DNA of 64,000 nt, taken from assembly GCF_009914755.1 (NCBI RefSeq), contig NC_060937.1; one strand, 5' to 3'. Positions 51,531 to 64,000 of this stretch are shown in pieces. This stretch comes from the human T2T-CHM13v2.0 reference genome, Homo sapiens. The notes beneath the pieces were generated by a model. The model did no database searches and was not told the origin of the DNA. It worked only from the letters and a program-made list of their open reading frames with translations. The translations under genes were made by a program, and so were the position numbers. Within the stretch, counting starts at the first letter, position 1. Every line of letters starts with the position of its first letter.

Positions 51531-51741
51531 AAAACCTCTACACAAAATAGAGTGATTAAAATAATTTACTGTTTTTCAGTAGGATGGTCCAAGAAGGCCT
51601 GTCTAATGAAATGAAATTTGAACAGATACCTAAATGAAGCCAGCTTTGCAGATCAGATATTTAGGGGAAGAGTGTTCCAGAAGGACTAGGAGGGGCAAAG
51701 GTCTTGAGGTGAGAATAGGTGACCTGGTGGCAATGTGTCAC

Positions 51742-52634
<893 letters not shown>

Positions 52635-54670
52635 TGCAGTGTGTCTTTTTAAGTTCCTTAATAGGCAGTAGAATGAAAACATTTGGACAGTAAATTTAAG
52701 TAACTAAGAAGCTTAGTGTAAGAATTACAACGGATTTCAGTGCCTCCTGGCTCCTGTTCTCTGAGAGGATAGTCATGAGATCTGAGTTTTTCTATTGAGG
52801 ATAGTCTCATTAATAGATTTGGTTAACAGCTTGTTAAAGAAAATTACTTTAATCCCTGATGGTAGGAAAAGCCGACTAGCCCTTTCTTCTTTCCCAGAAT
52901 GTGTAGATGTTAGTTCTAGAACACAGGTGTCTGTTAATATTTTAGCAGCACTTTGTGACTTTACATCTTTAGGATAGCCATTGTGATAAGTGAAAGTTCT
53001 TTATCTTAAAGTAGCTAAAGTGGCTTCATAGCCCCTGAACGGGATCATATATTGGCTTCGGCTCAATCCCAGCCTCTGGGAGCCTGTGAACCTACGGCCA
53101 TATGATCAACCTACCCTGTAGCTTATTCAGGACTACTCCCCTATCCCTTATCCTCTACCCCCTACTCCTAATCCACCAGGGATCTGTAGGGACTCATACT
53201 TCTGGCAGACCTGTGACCATCTCTGAGTTCCACTCAAGGCGTAAGCGCTCTCTGGTTCTCTTTCCTCTCCCATCCTCTCATCCCCATCTGTTGTTTTCTC
53301 TTCCTTAGGTCAGCCCCTCTCTATACTCTTTCCTTGTGTTCTTTGCAATTTACCCTCTAAAAATATTCAACTGCATGGCTTTGCCAGATGCAAATTCTTA
53401 ATCTTCCTTGTACTAAATCTACGTTTTCACAGTTCCATACATCTTCTTTCTCTGCCTTCACCATTTCCGCTTATCTTTTAATTTTAACTGAAAATCGTAA
53501 CGGATCTCTATCCATTATGCAGCCCTTTCAAGTGGAGACTGTTTATTCTCTCACCATCTCCCTGGAAAGAGCATTCAGAGCATTTCACTCTCCACCATTT
53601 CTAGCCCATCACTCTTCCAACATTGTACAAACAAATCCATGCTCCTTTGAGGATAATGCTATTGGGCTGTACTCTTGACATCTCTTTGTTGCTGTCATTT
53701 ATACACTTCTCTGACTCACAGACTTTCCCTTCTCTCCAATCGTGCTGAAATTCCAGGTGGTTTCAGCATCTATTTGGTGCACCCACTCAACACTCTGGCC
53801 TCTCAGTTTCTTGATCTCCCTGGTATCAATACTTTTCATCTCCATCTGTTTTAGTCTGTTTTCTGTTGCTGTAATGGAATACCACAGACTGGGTAATTGA
53901 TAAGGAAATTATAACCTCACTTCCCATTTAAACAAAAAATAGAAGCCATCAGATACAAATTCTTAATCTTCCCTGTACTAAATCTATAAACTTATTTCTG
54001 ATTGCAGAATTTTTTCCTCCTTTCATCTTGTCACATTTTTCTTCCCCAAAAGGGTAATTTTCCCTGTGTTCTGAATTTCTTTCCCTCAGGTCTTAGGGTA
54101 CTTACTTGGCTTGATCACATCCTGTACCATTTGTCTCTGCCTCTCTACTGGTTTCTTTCCATGAGCATTTTAAGCATGTTCAGAAAGGGCATCGTTTTGC
54201 AGTTTGTTTTCAAATCTTGCAAGGACATATGTGGGCTAGCAGTTGCCTGCTATTTGGGTGCCCTGTGATGACCACTTATTTAGCTTGATTGTAAGTTCTG
54301 TAAGGTCTCCAACCATGTCTGTCTTGAGTATAAATCACAGAGCTCAGCGCAAAATAAATATTCATAAATGTCATTGATGAACACTCACAGTCACTAAGTA
54401 TTTTCTCTGATCTCTGATTTGCCTTCACCACTGCCCTGTGAAAGAGGTCATATTATCATCCCCATTTTCCATGACAGTCAGCTGATAGGATGTAAGCTTC
54501 TCTCAGGGCCACAGTTTCTTAGTACAAAGCAGGATCCAAACCCACTCCTTCTAATTTTGAATTGAGTGTTCCTTCCTCTCTGTCAGATGCTCAGTAATCA
54601 TGCCGTGTCTTACTCATTTTCCTGGCCTTGTGTGTGTTTAAAGTCTTGTTTCCTCGACAAGAGGTTCTCT

Positions 54671-56155
54671 TTTTTTTTTTTTTTTCAATTCCCATTTATT
54701 TTTGGCTCTTGGGGCGATGTCATCTTTTCAGTATGAAAAAAAGCAGCAAGTTCAACACAAAATAGAAATCTCAAATGTAGGATAGAACAAAACCAAGTGT
54801 GTGGGGGGGGAAGCAACAGCAAAAGGAAGAAATGAGATGTTGCGAAAAAGATGGAGGAGGGTTCCCCTCTCCTCTGAGGATTGACTCAAACACTGATGTG
54901 GCAGTATACACCATTCCACAGTCAGGGATGTTCCTTCTTTTTAGGGGGTAAGAAAAAGTGGGGATTAAGAGGACATTTCTGGAGGCTTAGGGACCAAGGC
55001 TGGACTCTTTCCCCCACTCCTTGATCCCTTTCTCTGATCAGGGGAAAGGAGCTCGAGTGAGGGAGGTAGAGTTGGAAAGGAAAGGATTCCACTTGACAGA
55101 GTGGGACAGACCCCTCCAAAGAGTAGAGCTTAGAGGGAGATTGAAAGTGGAGATAATACTGCTGACATCTCTCTTGAAGCTGAGATGGGAAATGGACATA
55201 CTTAGAAATTAGTGACTTTAATAGCCTGGATTTCCCTCTCCAAAACTTTTAGAATGGAAAATCCCATCCCCTTCCTTATATAGTGACTTCTACCCACTGC
55301 CTTCTACCATCTTCTACTTTGGGCTTAGGATGGTGACCATTATCTACATGGGTTTTCAGCACCTGGTTGGTTCTAAATGGCATCTGGATGAGACCCAGCT
55401 TCTTGGAGATTTTTAAGAGAGAAATATTAACTGGACAGATGGAAGGAATGGGCACCAGAAGGAAATACAGGGTCACCCAGAATGGCAGAAACCTAGGTTT
55501 CCCAGAGTGGAAAGAGAGAGGAGACATTCAACAAACAAGTATTTATTGAGTGCCTACTATGTGCCAGGCACTGTTCTAGACCCCCCCAGAAGAAAAAACA
55601 AAAAACAAGATAGAGGCAGCAAACACAAATTCTGAGGGAGAGGAAAGGGGCAGTTGAGTAAGATGGCTAAGGGAACTGAAAAGCCTGAGGTGATGGGGGC
55701 TCTGTCATAGGCCTCGTCTTCGGCCTCCTCAACAAAATCCTCCTCCTCTTCTGCGGTGGCATCCTGGTACTCTGATACTCAGAGACGAGGTCGTTCACGT
55801 TGCTCTCAGCCTCGGTGAACTCCATCTAGTCCATGCCCTCGCCTGTGTACCAGTGGAGGAAGGCCTTCCTGCCGAACATGGCAGTGAACTGCTCCAAGAT
55901 GCGCTTGAAGAGCTCCTGGATGGCCGAGCTATTGCCAATGAAGGTGACTGCCATCTTGAGGCCACGAGGTGGGATGTCACAGACAGCTGTCTTGACGTTG
56001 TTGGGGATCCATTCCACAAAGTAGCTGCTGTTCTTGTTCTGCACGTTAAGCATCTGCTCATCGACCTCCTTCATGGATATCCGACCATGGAAGACAGCAG
56101 CCACGGTGAGGTATCGGCCGTGGCGGGGGTCACAGGCAGCCATCATGTTCTCAAA
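54671..56155 (-). pseudogene. TUBBP2: 5'-truncated processed beta-tubulin class I (TUBB) pseudogene
   Basis: [16 protein letters not shown]...HWYTGEGMD then premature TAG; 1-nt deletion in the QQYQ codons; degenerate class I tail; ~1 kb TUBB 3'UTR, AATAAA (54695-54700 on -), poly(A), 12-bp TSD AAGAGGTTCTCT (54659-54670 and 56156-56167). Symbol assigned from recalled locus position. Confidence 0.92.
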
Positions 56156-56843
56156 AAGAGGTTCTCTAAAGGCAGGGTCCAGGCTAAGCTCACAGCAGGT
56201 ACTCATATTCTTTCCTAGGCTTTTATTTATACTTTTTTTATTTTCCAGTTAACACTTGGTTAGCATATGGTAATTGTTTTTCTGAAACTTTGAAGTGCGT
56301 GGTTAGTTCATTATTTCTCCACTGGAGGGCAAGCTTTCCAACTCAAATTTTACTTTTCTGATTCCTTGAGAATGAAAAGAAGGACCGTATGTTGACCAGA
56401 GTTGTTGTTTTAATTGTCTCAGGGAAATGAGATTGTTGCTGTGTGTTGGAAGTGTCTGTATTTCCTCCTTGTATAATATATAGATTTCTGATCCAATACA
56501 TCCTGATCATTGCCTTCTGCAGAGGTTAAAAATCCCAGATACAGCCTTTGCTATGTGTAAAGCCCATGACCTGGCCAATGTGTCTGAGTGCAGTTTTGTG
56601 TGGGAGAGGGCCCTGATACAAGAGCGGAAAGAATGGGGACTGGTCGCAGGCAAGTCACACCCTCCCTGGCCCCTTATTCCTCGCCTGTAGCGTGAGGAGG
56701 GTTATCTAGGTAACAGCATCCCATGATTCTGGGCCCACAAACCAGAAGGCTCTGAGAGTCAAAGACTGTGTCAGACCCATTTTGATTACCCCACAAGTCC
56801 CCACCCTGCCACAGTTCACTGAGCCCTCAAGACAGAACAGTCC

Positions 56844-57567
56844 TGTGACCAGATGTGCAGCTCTTTTCCACACATGAACCAATTCTCCAACACCAGCTGA
56901 GTGTCCTACAATTCAACTGAATCCTGACACTGTTTACCTGAAGTCAGCATCCGACCCCGCAGGTGAAGGGCTCAGTCCCACAAGACCATCCCCTCTTCAG
57001 ATGCAGATCGCAAGTCCAGGCCTCTGCTCCTTCTGACCGACCAGCTATAAATCACGGCTTCCCATGACTCCTTCTTTGGGTTCCATCATTTGCTTGAATG
57101 GCTTACAGAACTCAGGGAAATAGTTATATTTCCCATTTATCATAAAGGATATTACAAAAGACACAGATGAAGAGATGCACAGAGTGAATTGTGTGGGAAG
57201 GGGCATGAGTTTCCCTGTCATCTGCGGGTGCCTCGCTCAACACTTCCAAGTGTTCAGCAACCTGAGAGCTCTCCAAACCCTGTCATTTTAGGTTTTTATG
57301 GAGGCTTCTTTACTAGGCATGATTGATCACATCCTTGGCATTAGTGATTAACTCAACCTTCAGTCCTCCCAGATCCCTGGAGGTGGAGGCTGGCTGAAAG
57401 TTCCAGCCCTCTAATCACGTGGCTGGTAACCAGCGTTCCCCGCCCACCAGATGTCTCATTAGCATAAAGAAGACATTGACACAACACTTTAGAGATTTCA
57501 AGAGTTTTGGGAACTGTGTGCCAGGAAACGGAACAAAGAACGACTATTTATATTTCACAAAATCACA
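56844..57567. mobile_element. MER21-family LTR
   Basis: caattctccaacaccagctgagtgtcctacaattcaa...gggctcagtcccacaagac...aaaatcaca. Confidence 0.75.
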
Positions 57568-58866
57568 ATCTCCAAGAGTTATGCCTGAGCAGCCATCTCC
57601 TAATTGAAGGAGTAGGATGACCAATCATGGTTCTGTGCACCGTTTAGTCAACTCAGCCCTCATCCTGGGCTGCTGTGTTTAGACAATGGGAGTTTTGAAT
57701 ATGGGACAAAAGTGAACCAAGCCTTTTAATGCAGCAGTGTGACTTGTTCCACATAGAAGAATATGGCAACCCTGTACATGTGAATTTAGCTTCCAACAGT
57801 TATCCTGCACATGGGGGTTCTGAGTTCCCCCTTGCATCCCCAGGTCTACCTCTTGGCTTTGCTGCAAGGCATCTATCTGTCTGCAGGTTCTGAGGAATGT
57901 GTCTCAGCACAACTGCCCATCCTCAGCTTCAGTCGCTGGGGGATCTGAGAGTCATGTGAACCTGACCCAGCCTCTCCCAAAAGTGATGATCATCCGCCAG
58001 TTTGCCAGGATAGCTGAGTAACTCATTCGGTGAGTTCTTAGCCACTCTTATCTTCCTCCATCATCACAGCTGGGGGAGAGGTTTAATTAGGAGCATGTTG
58101 TACCACTTTGGTGAGGGTCTCACCTGAGTTGGGGAGAGGCACCTGGAGTCAGAGTATACTTTGAGAGCATCATAAGATTCTGATCTGTTTATCTCTACTT
58201 ACAAGAGGAGTCATTTCATTAGCAGAAATGATAACTGTATTTTCCAAACAGGGAAATAAAAAAGAATTTTTTTAAAAAAGAAAAAATGATAACTACCTTA
58301 TCTACATAATGTGAAATGGCAACCATTGACAACAAACAAAATAAGAGAACTAAGCAAGATTGTCTGTTGGTGACTTCCAGTAATATTAATTTGTACTTTT
58401 TTCTCCCCTCATTTATGAGCACATACATTGTAGCAGGAATAAAAGCTTCAGGAATATTTTGCGGCAGAAAAAGTTGAAATGGAAAAAAACATCATTAGTT
58501 GCTTATTTCCCACCAATAGAGTAAGGCTGCCATTATTCCATTTCATTGGCAAACGTTTGTATCTAGCTGAAAACCTTCCCAGACCCTCCAGGAGCAGAGA
58601 TTGAGGACCACTGCATTAAACCTTTAAGGCTGGTCTGCTGCCTCTGATGGAGTTAATCTGCTTCACATATGTGTTGAGCTACCTTACAGCACTTATATAC
58701 CTCATTTCTGGCACACTAACTTGCTGGGGCGTTATCTGGATTCATGTCTTATCACTGTGACTGGGCTGTAAGCTCCTTGAGCCAGGGTGAGCGACACTGC
58801 CTGGCTTTGGATTCCTTTTCTGCCACTTAACAGAGGTGTTATCTTTGGCATGTTAGTGAATCTCTC

Positions 58867-59418
58867 TGTTACTGGAAAGGGTTCCGGATCCAGACCCCAA
58901 GAGAGGGTTCTTGGATCTTCCACAAGAAAGAATTTGAGGAAAGTCCACAGAGTAAAGTGAAAGCAAGTTTATTAAGAAAGTAAAGAAATAGGGAATGGCT
59001 ACTCCATAGATAGAGCAGCCCTGAGAGCTCCTGGTTGCCCATTTTTATAGTTATTTCTTGATTATATGCTAAACAAGGGGTGAATTATTCATGCCTCCCC
59101 TTTTCAGACTATATAGGGTAACTTCCTGATGTTGCCATGGCATTTGTAAATTGTCATGGTGCTGGTGGGAGTGTAGCAGTGAGGATGACCAGAGGTCAGT
59201 CTCGTCACCATCTTAGTTTTGGTGGGTCTTAGCTGGTTTCTTTACTGCAACCTGTTTTATCAGCAAGGTCTTTATGACTTGTACCTTGTGCCAACCTCCA
59301 ATCTCATCCTGTCACTCAGAATGCCAAACTGGCTGGGAATGCAGCCCAGCAGGTCTCAGCTTTATTTTACCCAGCCCCTGCTCAAGATAGAGTCACTCTG
59401 GTTCAAACGCCTCTAACA
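58867..59418 (-). mobile_element. MER41A solo LTR (ERV1)
   Basis: Minus strand starts TGTTAGAGGCGTTTGAACCAGAG and ends CCCTTTCCAGTAACA; 552 bp; 4-bp TSD TCTC; interrupts a MIR. Confidence 0.88.
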
Positions 59419-60024
59419 TCTCTATGCCTCAGTTTCCTTATCTACAAAATAGGGCACTGGTATACCTTCTTCATAGGACTGCAGTGAGGACTAAACGTAT
59501 GTAAAGCACTTCAATTGCCATCATCATTGTTATTATTCTTTTTGTATCTCCACCTCACCTTGCCAGGGCTCTGGCATCCTACAAGGACTTGGGATCCTAA
59601 TGGATTCTACAGATCAAGGTGGATTTCCATTGTGCCTTGAGTTATTATTATTTTTTTAGACAATAGGAACTCTGTGGCTAGCCCCTCTCCTGGGACCTCT
59701 GAGGCCTCTAGTGCTCTAATACCCGGAAGGAAACTGAACGCTGTGAGAACATCTCCGGGAGTTTAAGAAACCCATAACCGGGCCCTTCACAGAGATTATT
59801 TTTTTTCTTAATTATCAGTGTGTAGTAATGGTCTAACTATATTCCATAAGCCAACTAAAGAAAACAGGTTTACAAAGTCTAGCAATTCTACCAACACCCT
59901 ACATTAAACTGTAGAGAGAAATACTCTAAAAGATGATGATCAGAGGTTTGGATTTACTTGGCCTGGGATAGAAGCTGGGCAATGACATTTCTTTTAAAAA
60001 CCAGTGTGGCCCTGGCAGAGAACC

Positions 60025-60222
60025 AGTGTTTGGCTCTGGGACAGTGATTCTCCATGCTGGCTGCACATTCTAATCTCTTGAAGTGAGTTAAAAAATATAC
60101 ATCATGCTCAGGACTCTCCCTCCAGATATTCTGATTCAATTGATCTGACCAGGGTGGGACCTGGGTGTAGTTTGTTTTTAAAAGCTCCTCCGGGGTTCTA
60201 ATGTGCAGCTGGGACTGAGACT
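60025..60222. mobile_element. MER5-family MITE
   Basis: cagtgattctcc...gatattctgattcaattgatctg...tttaaaagctcctccggggttctaatgtgcagc. Confidence 0.7.
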
Positions 60223-60822
60223 CTCTTCTCTGGGAGGTGACAAGATAGGAGATGAAGAGCTTGCAGAGGGTGAAGAGGCTGTGTTGGGTTGGGGGTTAGT
60301 AGCAGGAGGATCAAGGGAGACCATTCACTGCTGTATTTGAAAGCAGCATCTTCCTAGTTCTTGAATCTCTTCCCAGCACATGATCTGAGACTAGGGCATG
60401 GAGGAAAGAACACAGGTTTTGGAGTAAGATGGGTTTGGTGCTGCCCTTCAAGTTGGATAACTTTGGGCAAGTCATTTATCCACTGTGTCTCCTGGGTGAT
60501 GCAGTTAGAATTTGGTCTGATTGTAGTCCATCTGGCAGCATTCTGTACTTAGGAGCTGTTATCCTTAGTTTAGTAAGGATTTGAGCCTCTTTTTTAAAAT
60601 TTTTATTTATTTATTTATTTGAAAGGTAGCTGGTTAGAACCTTCTGAGCCCAAGGAGGCAATTGCATCTTAAAAGCAATTTGTTTATGGGCTGGATGTTG
60701 CAATCAGAGGCTCCAGATGGGTCCTCCCACAGCCCCAAAGGCCCCTGACAGTGTTTCCTGAACCAAAGACCAAAGAGCCAGACTAAACCTCAAAAAGCAT
60801 ATGAAAAATCATGAATGTTTAA

Positions 60823-61894
<1,072 letters not shown>

Positions 61895-62117
61895 CATTCC
61901 TCATTTCCTACTGGTCTTCAGAGTTGTCATTACCACTCTCCAAATTCACCCTGTTCAGTACATACTATGAAATCCTCAAAATGAGCTTGGAGGGTCCTGA
62001 TTCATAATGGGGACCATTACAAGTATGGCTACGCAGGGGATAGGCTACTTTTGCTCTCTACTTTTTAAAAAGAATATTTTTAAAATGGTGTAGCTAGCTC
62101 CACTTCCACTGCTGCAG

Positions 62118-62277
62118 TGATACAGGCATACAATGTCTAACTAGATTTTAAGGGCAAGAAAGCATGGCACAAAAGATGAGGTAGCCAGCTGTAGCTGTAG
62201 GTAGCTGTACCTACCTCATCTCTTGTGCCATGCTTTCTTGCCCTTAAAATCTAGTTACACATTGTATGCCTGTATCA
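62118..62277. repeat. Near-perfect inverted repeat, 67-bp arms, 26-bp spacer
   Basis: Arm 62118-62184 is the reverse complement of 62211-62277 with 2 mismatches. Confidence 0.95.
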
Positions 62278-62355
62278 AAACATCACATGTACCCCATAAG
62301 TACATACAACTATTATGTACTCATAATAATTAAAAATTAAATTTTTTTTTAAAAG
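62255..62355 (+). mobile_element. Short L1MA-type 3' terminus
   Basis: ttacacattgtatgcctgtatcaaaacatcacatgtaccccataa...; aatctagtt repeated on both sides. Confidence 0.7.
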
Positions 62356-62640
62356 AGTAAAATAATCTAGTTGGAAGAGGTGAAGGGAAAAGGTGAGAAG
62401 TAGTGTAGGAGTGTCGATCACACCTGGGGGTGTGGGTGGGAGGAGGTGGCTTAAGTCAGGGCATGTGGTGTAGAGGAAAGAAGTCACAAGAGTGAGGCTG
62501 TGACTTACACTCAGTCTTGTATAATCACTTAGTGTCTTTTGCTTGGCATTTCTCATGAGTAAAATGTTCATGGTAAAGGGCAGCGTAGAGAAAAAACGTA
62601 GAGAAGTATATACAAGAAGAAATATATGCTGGTAATTTTT

Positions 62641-63840
62641 TTTATTATTATACTTTAAGTTCTAGGGTACATGTGCACAATGTGCAGGTTTGTTACATAG
62701 GTATACATGTGCCATGTTGGTTTGCCGCACCCCTCAACCCGTCACCCACATTAGGTATTTCTCCTAATGCTATCCCTCCCCCAGGCCCCCACCCCCCAAC
62801 AGCCCCTGTGTGTGATGTTCCCCATTCTGTGTCCAAGTGTTCTCGTTGTTCAGTTCCCACTTATGAGTGAGAACATGCGGTGTTTGGTTTTCTGTCCTTG
62901 TGATAATTTGCTCAGAATGATGGTTTCCAGCTGCATCCATGTCCCTGTAAAGGACATGAACTCATCCTTTCTTATGACTGCATAGTATTCCATGGTATAC
63001 ATGTGCCACATTTTCTTAATCCAGTCTATCATTGATGGACATTTGTGTTGGTTCCAAGTCTTTGCTATTGTGAATAGTGCCGCAACAAACATACGTGTGC
63101 ATGTGTCTTTAGTGTAGCCTGATTTATAATCCTTTGGGTATACACCCAGTAATGGGATCACTGGGTCAAATGGTATTTCTCATTCTAGATCCTTGAGGAA
63201 TCGCCACACTGTCTTCCACAATGATTGAACTAATTTACACTCCCACCAACAGTGTAAAAGCATTCCTATTACTCCACATCCTCTCCAGCATCTGTTGTTT
63301 CCTGACTTTTTAATGATCGCCATTCTAACTGGTGTGAGATGGTATCTCATCGTGGTTTTGATTTGCATTTCTCTGATGACCAGTGATGATGAGCATTTTT
63401 TCATGTGTCTTTTGGCTGCATAAATGTCTTCTTTTGAAAAGTGTCTGTTCATATCCTTTGCCCACTTTTTGATGGGGTTGTTTGTTTTTTTCTTGTAAAT
63501 TTGTTTAAGTTCTTCATAGATTCTGGATGTTAGCCCTTTGTCAGATGGGTAGGTTGCAAAAATTTTCTCCCATTCTGTAGGTTGCCTGTTCACTCTGATG
63601 TTAGTTTCTTTTTGCCATGCAGAAGCTCTTTAGTTTAATTCGATCCCATTTGTCAATTTTCGCTTTTGTTGCCATTGCTTTTGGTGTTTTAGTCATGAAG
63701 TCCTTGCCCATGCCTATGTCCTGAATGGTATTGCCTAGGTTTTCTTCTAGGGTTTTTATGGTTTTTGGTCTAACATTTAAGTCTTTAATCCATCCTGAAT
63801 TAATTTTTGTATAAGGTGTAAGGAAGGGATCTAGTTTCAC
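62641..63840 (-). mobile_element. 5'-truncated L1PA (~1.2 kb), ORF2 C-terminus plus 3'UTR
   Basis: ORFs 62850-63873 give L1 ORF2 pieces (CWRGCG...HCWWECK); TSD gctggtaattttt at 62628 and 63843. Confidence 0.95.
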
Positions 63841-63856
63841 ACGCTGGTAATTTTTA

Positions 63857-64000
63857 ATTTTTTTTTGTGACACTGTCTTGCTCTGTCACCCAGGCTGGAG
63901 CACAGTGGCGTGATCCTAGCTCACTGCAGCCTCAACCTCCTGGACTCAAGCGATCTTCCTGCCTCAGCCTACAGAGTAGCTGAGACTACAGGTGCATACC
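63857..64000 (-). mobile_element. AluJ, cut by the window end
   Basis: Antisense Alu right arm. Confidence 0.85.

Noticed and set aside
55826-56206. 126-aa tubulin-like ORF as a functional retrogene
   Set aside because: N-terminus comes from flanking DNA, about two thirds of tubulin is missing, and a premature stop and frameshift follow
62850-63873. L1 ORF2-like ORFs as an active LINE
   Set aside because: Only ~1.2 kb of the 3' end remains, with stops and frameshifts

Overview
AT-rich, Alu-dense primate genomic DNA, most likely human chr13q14.11. The + strand carries the 3' two-thirds of NAA16 (NatA auxiliary subunit, NAA15 paralogue). Thirteen coding exons (numbered 8-20 from the known NAA15/NAA16 structure) lie at 2406-46614 with GT-AG boundaries and consistent phases, followed by a ~1.4 kb Alu-containing 3'UTR with AATAAA at 48020. 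Also present: an antisense U6 pseudogene in intron 9, a 5'-truncated processed TUBB pseudogene with a 12-bp TSD downstream of the gene, and many Alu, L1, L2/MIR, Tigger/MER DNA transposon and LTR (MLT1, MER21, MER41A) copies. I see no new multi-gene system. The most notable unexplained signals are: (i) several candidate truncating splice/polyadenylation events in NAA16 (a 27-nt poison/recursive microexon, an intron-8 alternative exon, intron-11 polyadenylation, an exon-13 upstream acceptor and an intron-13 poison exon); (ii) a near-perfect inverted repeat with 67-bp arms at 62118-62277; (iii) a ~165-bp non-TE-looking direct repeat flanking exon 18; (iv) a strong intronic CTCF motif. Repeat subfamily names come from recall of consensus sequences and their boundaries are approximate.
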